A stretch of DNA of 64,000 nucleotides from an uncultured Eubacteriales bacterium (GTDB taxonomy: Bacteria > Acidobacteriota > Aminicenantia > Aminicenantales > Saccharicenantaceae). Positions within the stretch are counted from its first letter, which is position 1; each line of letters starts with the position of its first letter. The stretch is taken from assembly GCA_964423315.1 (NCBI GenBank), contig CAYREO010000001.1:20629-84628 (forward strand). The letters are read 5' to 3'. A program made the position numbers and the translations under genes. Of the stretch, positions 39,520 to 49,137 are shown one piece after another. A model generated the notes under the pieces. That model ran no database searches and was not told the origin of the DNA. It saw only the letters and a program-made list of their open reading frames with translations.

Positions 39520-42270
39520 TTGAGGTGCCCAAAGTGTCAGACGGATAATCCTCCGGATTTTGAATTTTGTCGGAGTTGTGCAACTCCGCTTGACCGAACA
39601 GCGACACCGCCCGAGCCGACCGAGACAATAGCGGCGATCCTAACTGAGCTCAGGACGGGAACGACTTTTGCCGGACGATTCGAGGTAATCGAGGAACTGG
39701 GCAAGGGGGGCATGGGCCGCGTTTACAAGGCCTATGACCAAAAGACCCGGGAGAAGATCGCCTTGAAGCTCCTCAAGCCCGAGATCGCATTTGATAGAGA
39801 GGCCGTCGAGCGGTTCGGAAACGAACTGCGGTTCGCCCGCAAGATCAGCCACCGGAACGTCTGCCGGGTGTACGATCTGGGCGAGGAGGCCGGGACTCAC
39901 TTTATCACCATGGAGTACGTCCCGGGCGATGACCTGAAGAGCATCATCCGGATGATGGGGCCCATGAGCGCGGGCAAGGCTGTCTTCATCGCTCGGCAGA
40001 TCGCGGAAGGGCTGGCCGAGGCGCACCGGCTGGGAATCGTTCACCGTGACCTCAAGCCGCAGAACATCATGATCGACCGGGAGGGGAACGTCCGGATCAT
40101 GGATTTCGGGATCGCCCGCTCCGTTAAGGTCAAAGGGATGACAGGCGCCGGTGTGATCGTCGGGACGCCCGAATACATGTCGCCTGAGCAGTTCGAGGGA
40201 AAAGAGGCAGATGCCCGGTCGGACATCTACTCCCTGGGGGTCATTCTCTATGAGATGACCACGGGGCGGCTGCCGTTTGAAGGCGAGACCTTCGTCTCGA
40301 TCGCCCTGAAGCAGAAGACCGAGGTGCCGCGGATGCCGAAAGAGCTGAACCCCCTGCTTCCGGACGACTTCAACCGCCTGATCCTGCGCTGCCTGGAGCG
40401 GGACCGAGAAAAGCGCTTCCAGAGTGCAGACGAGCTGCTTATTGACCTGGCCAAGATCGAAAAGGGCGTGCCGACGACGGAGAGGGTGCTCCCTTCGGTT
40501 CCGTCGACATCACGACATGTCACCGTCTCGTTTAACCCGCCCAAGCTCATCGTTCCGGCTCTCGCCGTCCTTGTTGTTATCGCGGCCGCAGTCGGCTTCT
40601 TCCTGCTCCGCAAGCCCGGCGGCCCGGCCCTGAATCCCAAACTCGCTGTGGTCAGCATCTTCGTCAACCAGACGGGCGATGCGGGCCTTGACCCTCTGGG
40701 ACGCGTGGCCGCCTACGAGATCGCCCAGGGCTTGTCTAGATCAGGGATCGTCGAGGTCGTCCCGACGATGTCGGTTTTCGAAACTTCTCGCATCATCAAT
40801 ACCAGGTCCGGAGTCCCCGAGGGCTCGGACGAGCTCCGCGCCCTGGCCAAAGGCATGGGAGCCGGGACGCTCGTTTCCGGAGCGTATTATCTGATCGACG
40901 GCGAGCTTCAATTCCACGCCACGATTACCGACGCCGTCCACAGAAAGCCAATCCTCATCCTGGAACCCCTTAAGGGCAGCCTTGAAAACAAAATGGGACT
41001 GATCACGGAGCTGCAGAGGAGAATCATGGGGGCCTTGGCTCAGCATTTCACAAGCTGGGGAGTGGGCGAAATAGCCCAGAGGTTGCGTCGGCCGCCCGTT
41101 TATGAGGCTTTTCAGGAGTATCTCCAGGGATTGGAAATTTTCGGCGTGGATTACGAGCAGGCGGTCCGTCATTTCGCCCGCGCCGTCGAGCTGGACCCGA
41201 AATTTGCCGCAGCCAAGCTCTATATCGCCGTGGCCCTTGGGAATCAGGGCCGGCATGAGGAAGCCGACGCTATCCTTCGATCCATTCTTGAAGCCCGCGA
41301 TGAGCTTTCTCCATTCGAAAGCCTGATTTTTGACTGGTATTCCGCAGAGCTCAAGGGCCAGAACGAGAAAGCCCTGCGGTTTATCCGCGAGGCCGAGAAG
41401 CTGGCGCCTAACTTTTTCACGATCAAATACATCATCGGAATGGAATTGCTGGGAGTCAACCGCCCCCGCGAGACCATCAAAGCTTTTGCCTGGATGGATT
41501 CTCAGGACCCGAACGTCCATTTCACACGGCCGACCGGCGCATGGTGGTTTGGTGTCTTGGCCGAGGCCCATCACCTGCTGGGCGAATACAAGAAAGAGAT
41601 CGAGGTCGCAAAGCGGGGGTGGAAGTATTATCCGAAAGACCCGACGTTTTCAATGATTGAGGCCCGGGCCCTCGCGGCACTCGGAAAGAAAAGCGAAGTC
41701 AAGAGTATCGTTAAGGGATGCCTGAACGAGGATGAGACGACCGGGACTCCCGGCAGCGTCATGATGGAAGCGGCCCGGGAGTTCTATGCCCACGGGCACA
41801 GGGATGATGGACAGGAGATGGCAGCCGCGGCCATTCAGTGGGCCGAGAGCCGGCCCGAGTCCGAGAGAAAAACAAAAGCCTACCGGGAATTTTACGCCGA
41901 CGCGCTCAATTTTGCCGGGCGCTGGGATGAGGCCAATAGGATCTTCGAGTCCCTGGCCGCTGCAGACCCTGAGAATGTCGACTATCAAGGATATTTGGGG
42001 ACAATAGCGGCGCGCCGGGGGGACCGGGAAGGAGCCATGAGGGCCCTTGAAGAATTGGGGAAGCTCGAGCGGCCGTTTCTTTTTGGCAACCATTTATGGT
42101 GGCAGGCCCGCATTGCCTCGCTCCTCGGCGAAAAGGAGCGGGCCGTCGGCCTTCTTAAGGAGGCTTTGAGCCAGGGCTTCACGTATGGCGTTTTTCTCCA
42201 CCGCGAGACCGACCTTGAACCCTTATGGGACCATCCGCCCTTCCAGGAGCTCCTTCGGCCGAAGGGCTGA
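39520..42270 (+). CDS. Ser/Thr protein kinase with N-terminal zinc ribbon, single TM, TolB_N-like domain and TPR repeats
   Basis: Zinc ribbon (CPKCQTDNPPDFEFCRSC). Hanks kinase motifs GKGGMGRVYKA, ALK, HRDLKPQNIM, DFGIA, GTPEYMSPE. The TM segment is LIVPALAVLVVIAAAVGFFLL, followed by LAVVSIFVNQTGD...YEIAQGL and TPR-like helices to the C-terminus. Confidence 0.85.
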   Translation: MRCPKCQTDNPPDFEFCRSCATPLDRTATPPEPTETIAAILTELRTGTTFAGRFEVIEELGKGGMGRVYKAYDQKTREKIALKLLKPEIAFDREAVERFGNELRFARKISHRNVCRVYDLGEEAGTHFITMEYVPGDDLKSIIRMMGPMSAGKAVFIARQIAEGLAEAHRLGIVHRDLKPQNIMIDREGNVRIMDFGIARSVKVKGMTGAGVIVGTPEYMSPEQFEGKEADARSDIYSLGVILYEMTTGRLPFEGETFVSIALKQKTEVPRMPKELNPLLPDDFNRLILRCLERDREKRFQSADELLIDLAKIEKGVPTTERVLPSVPSTSRHVTVSFNPPKLIVPALAVLVVIAAAVGFFLLRKPGGPALNPKLAVVSIFVNQTGDAGLDPLGRVAAYEIAQGLSRSGIVEVVPTMSVFETSRIINTRSGVPEGSDELRALAKGMGAGTLVSGAYYLIDGELQFHATITDAVHRKPILILEPLKGSLENKMGLITELQRRIMGALAQHFTSWGVGEIAQRLRRPPVYEAFQEYLQGLEIFGVDYEQAVRHFARAVELDPKFAAAKLYIAVALGNQGRHEEADAILRSILEARDELSPFESLIFDWYSAELKGQNEKALRFIREAEKLAPNFFTIKYIIGMELLGVNRPRETIKAFAWMDSQDPNVHFTRPTGAWWFGVLAEAHHLLGEYKKEIEVAKRGWKYYPKDPTFSMIEARALAALGKKSEVKSIVKGCLNEDETTGTPGSVMMEAAREFYAHGHRDDGQEMAAAAIQWAESRPESERKTKAYREFYADALNFAGRWDEANRIFESLAAADPENVDYQGYLGTIAARRGDREGAMRALEELGKLERPFLFGNHLWWQARIASLLGEKERAVGLLKEALSQGFTYGVFLHRETDLEPLWDHPPFQELLRPKG

Positions 42271-42444
42271 TCCCCTTCGGGGAGAAGGGGAAGAAGGGGA
42301 AAAGAAGAAAATTCAAACGAAAGAACAACAGCAGAATAAGTTCGCCAAGCACCACTAAGTTGTTTACCGCTGAATGTTTTTTTCAAATTCCGTTCACTTA
42401 AGGTAAAAATTCAAATCGAGAAGGCGAGTAACAGCAGGAAACTA

Positions 42445-44244
42445 TTATTTTTCAGAATAACTGCCGTATTTTTTTTGGAATGCTTCGTGGGTCTGTTTGG
42501 CCCGGGCCACGATTTTTTCGAACTGCGGTTCGCCCCGAAGGTTTTCAAGGCAGGGATCGTTTATCAGTCTGAGGTAGGGATGGACAGTGCCTTCAGAAAT
42601 TTCTTTCTCCATAGCCCGGATGGCCTCTTCTTTCATCCCCAGCAGTGAATAGACAACTGCAGCCTTTGACAGAGCAAGCGCCTTTTCTTTATCTCCCCTG
42701 GCCGCATACAGCGGTGCCTTGTAATCGGATAATATCCAGAAGCCTGGTGCTATGCTTTCGAGCTCTGTAAGCAGCCTCTCGGCTTCATCGTATCTACCGA
42801 CCTGGATCAGATGTTTGGCCAGATGACCGAGACAGAATGGATTCCTGGGATTTATGTTCAAGGCCTCTTTCAAATAGAGCTCAGATTTCTTAAATTCTCC
42901 CAGACCCCGATAGCAGGTGGCCAGGATAGTTCTGGAAAAAATATAGAATGGAGCCAGCTCTATGCTCTTCAAAAGAAAGTGAATAGCCTCCTCATATAAC
43001 CCAATCTCAGACAGGGAATAGCCAATCCCGGTGAGGACCATATGACTGTTGGGACCTTTCTTGTAGGCTATCCGGTACTTCTCAAACGCCTGGTCGTATC
43101 GCCCGCTGAGAAAATAATTGAATCCTTTGGCCAGATTTGAGCCTGAATATTCAGGGTCAAGCTGATAGGCTTTTTCCCCGTAATGGACAACCTGATTCAG
43201 TTCTTCCTGATGGTAGGTAAGCGAGTATTTATGCCAGTAAGCCCAGGCCAGCCCGAGGTAGGTCTGCGCATAATCGGGATCAATTTCTCTGGCCGCCTCA
43301 AACATCTCAAGGGCTTTAAGGAAATCCTCTTCCTGGTAGGTCACCACATACCGGCTGTTGATGAAGTACATCCCCTGAAGATATGTTTCGTAGAGCCTCA
43401 TGTCGTCCGGACGCCTGGCTCTCTGGGCCTCAACTGACTCGGAGCTCAGCCGGACTTTGAGAGCTGTGGCGATCGCCTGAGAAATTTCATCCTGGATGGC
43501 AAAGACCCCGGACAGCTTCCGGTCGTATCTGTCTGCCCAGATATGAAAACCACTTTCCGCATCGATGAGCTGGGCGCTGACCCGAATCATTTCCGCCTCT
43601 CTGCGGATGCTGCCTTCAAGGATATTGACTACACCCAGTTCGACGGCGATCTCTTTTATCGATTTCTGAGTATTCCTGTAACGGACGACGGAAGTTCGGG
43701 AGATAACCTTGAGTTCTCTGACCCGGGAGAGCTGACCGATGATTTCCTCGGTCATTCCGTCGCAGAAATACTCCTGGTCCTGTTCCGGGCTCAGATCAAC
43801 AAAAGGAAGAACGGCTACCGAATTCTTCCATGGGGAGGCAGGAGCCATCACTTCTGAAGGTTTTTTCAAGCGAAATATAAGGTTGATATCGAGGACAAGG
43901 GTTATGAGGAATATCAGAGGGATCAGAATTAGCTCCGGCTTGAGTTTCCTGGACTTCTCCCGGCCGGCAAACCACCTCCAGGTCAGAGTGCCGAGGAGCG
44001 TGCCAATCAAAGTGATAATGGTTATATCAAGCAGTTTTTCCGGAAGATGATAATGAGCCACCAGGACCCAGTGGACGATTTCATATACGAGCCACCCCCC
44101 GCCCACAAACCCGGCCAGGATTTCAACAATCCGCTTCCTTCTCATATTGGCCAGAAATTCGCTAAAAATTGTCCGTTCGGTTTTTGGAGAGGAAGGAAAA
44201 TGCCCTTTTCTGCGGCCCATATTTTCCCCTGACTTTCCAGGCAT
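42445..44244 (-). CDS. Membrane TolB_N-like/TPR protein, paralog B of 37443..39200, in a lower-GC segment
   Basis: 599 aa. The N-terminal region ILAGFVGGGWLVYEIVHWVLVAHYHLPEKLLDITIITLIGTLLGTLTWRWF and the module VAVLPFVDLSPEQDQEYFCDGMTEEIIGQLSRVRELKVISRTS align with paralog A. The C-terminus has TPR repeats. Local GC is markedly lower than the window average. Confidence 0.7.
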   Translation of the reverse strand: MPGKSGENMGRRKGHFPSSPKTERTIFSEFLANMRRKRIVEILAGFVGGGWLVYEIVHWVLVAHYHLPEKLLDITIITLIGTLLGTLTWRWFAGREKSRKLKPELILIPLIFLITLVLDINLIFRLKKPSEVMAPASPWKNSVAVLPFVDLSPEQDQEYFCDGMTEEIIGQLSRVRELKVISRTSVVRYRNTQKSIKEIAVELGVVNILEGSIRREAEMIRVSAQLIDAESGFHIWADRYDRKLSGVFAIQDEISQAIATALKVRLSSESVEAQRARRPDDMRLYETYLQGMYFINSRYVVTYQEEDFLKALEMFEAAREIDPDYAQTYLGLAWAYWHKYSLTYHQEELNQVVHYGEKAYQLDPEYSGSNLAKGFNYFLSGRYDQAFEKYRIAYKKGPNSHMVLTGIGYSLSEIGLYEEAIHFLLKSIELAPFYIFSRTILATCYRGLGEFKKSELYLKEALNINPRNPFCLGHLAKHLIQVGRYDEAERLLTELESIAPGFWILSDYKAPLYAARGDKEKALALSKAAVVYSLLGMKEEAIRAMEKEISEGTVHPYLRLINDPCLENLRGEPQFEKIVARAKQTHEAFQKKYGSYSEK

Positions 44245-44373
44245 CTTTATATAATAGGTTATTTAGGCCGGTCAAATAATTTCCTTCGCCGGGATGGCAA
44301 ATGGCATCCAGATTAACGACCGAATCGGGAGCCGATCGGTGACAGAGTTGGATACCCCGACACCTCCCGGATA

Positions 44374-44697
44374 CTAATTCTTATCTCGGAAAAAACAATT
44401 AGGCCCTTGCTCGAGTTGGCGATGATGCTCGATATACTTGATAATCACATCTCGAGTCATTCGGTCTCCGACTGTCCGGGCGAAGTATCCATCTTCCCAC
44501 AGCTCCCCGCCCCAGAGCCTCTTCTTGAGCCCCGGGAACTCGCGAAGCAACCCACGTCCGCTCAGGCTCTTGACAATCCTCGCGACCTCCCCTATCGACC
44601 GAGATGGCGGAAACGATACCAGCAGATGGATGTGGTCTTCTATGACCTCCATGTTCATAATCTCGATACCATACGCCTCACAGATCTCGCCAACCAT
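44374..44697 (-). pseudogene. tnpA: IS200/IS605-family transposase TnpA (Y1 HuH) lacking its N-terminal about 40 residues
   Basis: GIEIMNMEVIEDHIHLLVSFPPSRSIGEVARIVKSLSGRGLLREFPGLKKRLWGGELWEDGYFARTVGD...IIKYIEHH contains the HuH motif and the conserved C-terminal half of IS200 TnpA. Upstream in frame is GIEEVRERAKQ preceded by a stop, and the KYHxVWxPKYRR region is not intact in any frame. Confidence 0.6.
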
Positions 44698-44790
44698 CTG
44701 TTTCGCTCGTTCCCGGACCTCCTCGATACCTTAAGAATCATACACCTTCGATCCCTCCCGGCAAAAGCCCCGGAGGAGCTTTCCTCTTAA

Positions 44791-45171
44791 CTCTTAGAGG
44801 ATTCGCTCGGCGTCCCTCTCAATGAGAAGACAGAAAACCGGGTCCAGAACGACGTCTTCAACTCGAGCCGCATTCAAACGGCCGTCCTCTGCGCCATCAC
44901 TTCGAACCTGGGGCGGGCCAAGGCCCCCGGAAACGTTCGGCTCAACAAGGGAGAGGCGAATCTCCCCCGGGCCAGCGTCGTCAACATATCCCAAGTCATC
45001 ACCGTGGACCGGTCCGTTCTCCGGGAAAAGGCCGGGACCCTGTCGCGCCAAAGGGTCCGGGAGATCGCGGCCGGCCTCCGCCTCGCCATCGAACCCCGGG
45101 AACTCTCGCTGGGGATCCCGCGTCCTTCGGACGAGGCATTTGCCAGACCGGCCTGTTCCTGTGGTATATAG
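44791..45171 (+). pseudogene. mazF: 5'-truncated MazF/PemK-family mRNA interferase toxin (no start codon, N-terminal about 10 aa missing)
   Basis: The frame after the stop at 44788-44790 reads LGVPLNEKTENRVQNDVFNSSRIQTAVLCAITSNLGRAKAPGNVRLNKGEANLPRASVVNISQVITVDRSVLREKAGTLSRQRVREIAAGLRLAIE. This matches the PemK/MazF fold (..RPVLIIQDDSFNRS...AITSN..AEAPGNV....SVINVSQI.TLDK..L.EK.G.L). No ATG/GTG/TTG is in frame upstream, and no mazE lies adjacent. Confidence 0.55.
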
Positions 45172-45220
45172 AGTCGAGATATCCAAGGCGGCGGAGCCGC
45201 CTCCAAGAAAGGAGCGCTTT

Positions 45221-46141
45221 ATGAACTCCCCTTCGTTGAGATCTCTTCTTGTCGTCATCTCCCTGTTGTTCAGCCTCATTGGAGCGGCATCTCCCGATGC
45301 CCTGGCCCAGGAGGGAGGCGTGCCGCCGGGCACGGTCCGGGAGGGATTGCACATGAAAAGCGACATCCTCGGCCGCGACGTCAGCTACGCCGTCTACCTG
45401 CCCCCCGATTATGAGACATCCAGCCGGCGCTACCCCGTCGTCTACCTGCTCCACGGGTACACAGACGACGAATCGGGCTGGATCCAATTCGGCGAGGTCA
45501 ATCTGGCGGCGGACCGGGCCATCGCCGCCCGCGAGATCCCGCCCATGATCATCGTCATGCCCGACGGCGGGGCGACCTTCTACATCAACGACTGCCAGGG
45601 CAAGGTCCGCTACGATGACATGTTCATCCAGGAGCTCATCCCCCATATCGACAAGACCTACCGGACCCGGCCGCGGAAGGAATTCCGCGGCATATCCGGG
45701 CTGTCCATGGGGGGCTGGGGGTCGCTGGTGCTGGCCATGCGCCATCCGGACCTATTCGCCGCCTGCGCGGCTTATAGCGCGGCGATGTGGACTTACGAGG
45801 ACATCCTGGCCATGGAGGAGAAAGCCTATGACCGGCTCATCGGCAGGCTGTTCGGGCCCGGCCTCGAGGGGAAGGCCCGCCTGACCGCCCATTTCCGGTC
45901 CCACAACCCCCTCGACCAGGCCAAGGACAAGTCCGTCGACGACCTGAAGAAGGTCCGCTATTACATCGACTGCGGCGACGACGACTTCCTGATCAAGGCC
46001 AACATGGCCCTCCACGCCGTCCTTCTCGACCGCAAGGTCCCCCACGAGTTCCGCGTCCGCGACGGCGGACACTCCTGGAGCTACTGGCGGACGGGGATCG
46101 TCGACGGCCTGGCCTTCATCGGCCGGAGCTTTCACCGATAA
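45221..46141 (+). CDS. Secreted esterase-family (PF00756-like) alpha/beta hydrolase
   Basis: Signal peptide (MNSPSLRSLLVVISLLFSLIGAASPDALAQ) with RBS AAGGAG. Motifs YPVVYLLHGYTDDESGW and nucleophile elbow GISGLSMGGWGS. The start is set at an internal Met of track ORF 44822..46141. Confidence 0.7.
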   Translation: MNSPSLRSLLVVISLLFSLIGAASPDALAQEGGVPPGTVREGLHMKSDILGRDVSYAVYLPPDYETSSRRYPVVYLLHGYTDDESGWIQFGEVNLAADRAIAAREIPPMIIVMPDGGATFYINDCQGKVRYDDMFIQELIPHIDKTYRTRPRKEFRGISGLSMGGWGSLVLAMRHPDLFAACAAYSAAMWTYEDILAMEEKAYDRLIGRLFGPGLEGKARLTAHFRSHNPLDQAKDKSVDDLKKVRYYIDCGDDDFLIKANMALHAVLLDRKVPHEFRVRDGGHSWSYWRTGIVDGLAFIGRSFHR

Positions 46142-46407
46142 GACCGGTATTCGGCTTCTTCCTCCGGCCTCGTTGGATCCGAGAATCACCTATCCTGTTC
46201 GCCCGCCATCGAAAGAGACTCTGAGACCCTGACGATCGGGATCCGCCGGAATTCTTTCAAGCCCAGGAGATGATGATCGCTCGAGACGATCCAATCCGCG
46301 AAAAAATCTCACCGGCGGAGCGGCGGTTTAACCGAATCTCGACATTCTCTCGACGCAAGCTCGATTGAAAAACGGCGCCGGACGGGATAAAGTAGGGGCC
46401 AGGTGGG

Positions 46408-48378
46408 ATGACCATGATCTCGCTCCGGTCCCGGGAGCACCCTTCTCGGAACGCGGCGATCCTCTTTTTGTGCGTCGCCGCGCTGGCCGTCGGCGTTTTG
46501 GTCTGGATGGGAGTCCGTCTCGTCCGTCAAGATCGGGCCCTCGAAGCCGAGCAGCTGAGAGAGCGACGGGAGGCCGCCGCCGACCGGATCATCGTCTCCT
46601 TGGAACAGGCCCTCACGGCGGAGGAACGGCGGCTGGCCGACCCGGCGGCCTCGGCTCTCTCCTCGCCGGAAGATGATGTCGTATGGATCCAGACCTCCCT
46701 CGCGAACCCAACGGATCTCCGTGTCCGGCCCGACAACGTTCTCCTGTATTACCCGATGATCCCTCCCGGCCGAGAGGCGCCCCCCCGTTTGTACGCCGGA
46801 AGCGAAAGAGCGGAATTCGTCGACCGCGACTTCGATCGGGCCGTCAGGGCACTCCTCCCCCTCTCCAAGGCCGAAGACCCCGCTGTAAGAATCGGTGCCC
46901 AGCTTCGTATAGCGAGAAACTTCAGAAAGGCCGGCGACATCGAATCCGCCCTCGAAACTTACGCCGCCCTGGCCGAGTCCTCCGATCACGCCTTCTTGGT
47001 CTCCGGGGCTCCCGCGGACCTGGCGGCACGTCGCGCCCGCTGCGCCTTGTTGGAGGAAATCGGGCGGCGAGGGGAGCTGCAGGAACGCGCCCAGAGTCTC
47101 CTCGATGATCTCCGGGGCCGGCGCTGGCGCCTCGACCGGGCCTCGTACTTCTATTACCGCGACCAGGCCGCGGGTTGGCTCGATGGGAAACCGGCAGCCG
47201 ATATCGCCCGGGAGGCCCTCGCCGAGGCCGTCGCCTGGCTTTGGGAGAATCGCCGGGCCCTCGCGGGGGCCGCGGGGAGCCCTTCCGGGAGCAGGTCGTT
47301 CCGCAGCCACGACATATCCATCACCCTCTTATGGCAAGTTTCAGGCCGGGGGCTGACGGCGCTGGCCGCCGGTCCCGCCCATCAGCGGAACCGCTGGTTC
47401 GATCCGCTCGTCGCGAGCCCCGATCTCTTGGGCATCCGTCTCACGGTCCGCGATCCGGACCGGACGCTGGTGTATGGGAACGAGCCGCCGCCGGGGAGTC
47501 CCGCGGCCTCCCGGCCCGCATCCGCCACCGGCCTGCCCTGGGACATCGTTCTCGTGAACGCCGACCCCGAAGCGGCCCTCGGTCAGTTCGCCCAGCGTCG
47601 CCGGCTCATGACAGTGGGCCTAGGTATGCTCGCTCTTCTGGTCATCACAGCGAGCGCTCTCATCGGCCGCGGCGTCTCCCGTGAACTCGCGGCCGCCCGG
47701 CTTCAATCGGACTTTGTCTCGGCCGTCTCTCACGAGTTCAGGACCCCTCTGACGTCGATGAGACAGTTCACCGAGATGCTGGCCGCCGACGAGACCCTTC
47801 CCGCGGAGAAGCGCCGGGCGTTCAACCGGGCCCAGGAACGGGCCACCAGTCGGCTGTCCCGGCTGGTGGAATCCCTGCTCGATTTCGGCCGCATGGAGGC
47901 CGGCGCCCGGCCCTACCGGCTCGAACGCCTGGACGCCGGCCGGTTGGTCAAGGCCACGGTGGAGGAATTCAAGCGGGAGGCAAATTCCGATAACCTGGTC
48001 ATGGAATGCGCGGTCCCGGACGAGGGGCCCATCGTGAAGGCCGACAGGGAAGCGCTCGCTCAGGCCCTCTGGAATCTCCTCGACAACGCGGTTAAGTATT
48101 CCGGCGAAAACGCCGTCGTCCGGGTCGAGGTCGAGGCCGGCAACCCGGTCACCATCCGCGTCCGGGATCAGGGGATCGGCATCTCCTCTTCAGAGAAGAA
48201 CCGGATCTTCGGGAAGTTCGTCCGCGGCTCGAGCGCCAAAACCGCCGGGATCAAGGGGACGGGGATCGGGCTGGCCATGGTCGAACACATCGTGGACGCC
48301 CATGGCGGAAAGGTCCTCGTGGCCAGCGAGCCCGGCCAAGGCAGCACCTTCACCATCATGTTGCCCTCAGGAGGATAA
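46408..48378 (+). CDS. Sensor histidine kinase (two TM segments flanking a large periplasmic domain; HisKA plus HATPase_c)
   Basis: H-box SHEFRTPLTSMRQF, N-box LWNLLDNAVKYS, G-boxes DQGIGI and GTGIGLAMV. TM segments are near residues 15-37 and about 395-418. Confidence 0.8.
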   Translation: MTMISLRSREHPSRNAAILFLCVAALAVGVLVWMGVRLVRQDRALEAEQLRERREAAADRIIVSLEQALTAEERRLADPAASALSSPEDDVVWIQTSLANPTDLRVRPDNVLLYYPMIPPGREAPPRLYAGSERAEFVDRDFDRAVRALLPLSKAEDPAVRIGAQLRIARNFRKAGDIESALETYAALAESSDHAFLVSGAPADLAARRARCALLEEIGRRGELQERAQSLLDDLRGRRWRLDRASYFYYRDQAAGWLDGKPAADIAREALAEAVAWLWENRRALAGAAGSPSGSRSFRSHDISITLLWQVSGRGLTALAAGPAHQRNRWFDPLVASPDLLGIRLTVRDPDRTLVYGNEPPPGSPAASRPASATGLPWDIVLVNADPEAALGQFAQRRRLMTVGLGMLALLVITASALIGRGVSRELAAARLQSDFVSAVSHEFRTPLTSMRQFTEMLAADETLPAEKRRAFNRAQERATSRLSRLVESLLDFGRMEAGARPYRLERLDAGRLVKATVEEFKREANSDNLVMECAVPDEGPIVKADREALAQALWNLLDNAVKYSGENAVVRVEVEAGNPVTIRVRDQGIGISSSEKNRIFGKFVRGSSAKTAGIKGTGIGLAMVEHIVDAHGGKVLVASEPGQGSTFTIMLPSGG

Positions 48379-48382
48379 GCCC

Positions 48383-49066
48383 ATGCCGCGAATACTGATC
48401 GTCGAGGACGACCACGACATCGCCTTGGGTCTCGCCGAGGACCTCACCCGCCACGGACACCAGATCGAAACGGCCGGCGACGGCGAGTCGGCCGTACGCC
48501 GCGGGAAAGAGGGAGGCTGGGACCTCGTCATCCTCGACCTCATGCTGCCGCGAAAGGACGGCTTCGAGGTCTGCCGGGAGCTGCGGCAGGCCGGAGTGCG
48601 GACGCCGATCATCATGCTGACAGCCAAGACCCACGAAGCCGAGAAGGTCCTCGGACTGGAGCTAGGGGCCGACGACTACGTCACCAAGCCGTTCAGCCCG
48701 AGAGAGCTGCGGGCCCGGATCCAGGCCGTGCTCCGCCGGGGGACGGACGGATCCGCCGGGATCTACCGGTTCGGGGACTGCGAGGTCGACTTCGACCGCT
48801 CCGAGGTCCGGCGCGGCGGGACGGCCATCGCCGTCAGCGCCCTGGAGTTCAGGCTATTGGAGGCCTTCGTGCGCCACCCGGGACGGGTGCTGAGCCGGTC
48901 CCATCTGATCGACGCCGCCTGGGGGCCGGAGACCGTCATCTCCGACCGGGTCGTGGACACCCACATCCTCCACCTGCGGAAAAAGATCGAGCCGAAGCCG
49001 GCCAAGCCGCGCTACATCCGCAGCGTGCGCGGCATGGGCTATCGCTTCGAGGGCGAGCGATCTTGA
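48383..49066 (+). CDS. OmpR/PhoB-family response regulator
   Basis: MPRILIVEDDHDIALGL...DLVILDLMLPRKDG is a receiver domain with the phospho-Asp. The winged-helix C-terminus is RYIRSVRGMGYRF. RBS GGAGGA lies 9 nt upstream, and the gene starts 5 nt after the kinase stop. Confidence 0.85.
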   Translation: MPRILIVEDDHDIALGLAEDLTRHGHQIETAGDGESAVRRGKEGGWDLVILDLMLPRKDGFEVCRELRQAGVRTPIIMLTAKTHEAEKVLGLELGADDYVTKPFSPRELRARIQAVLRRGTDGSAGIYRFGDCEVDFDRSEVRRGGTAIAVSALEFRLLEAFVRHPGRVLSRSHLIDAAWGPETVISDRVVDTHILHLRKKIEPKPAKPRYIRSVRGMGYRFEGERS

Positions 49067-49137
49067 CGGAATCTGGACATAACCTCGATACGGCCTCGAT
49101 ATCGGGCCCCTATGATGAGGGCAGGAGGCAAAGCCCA

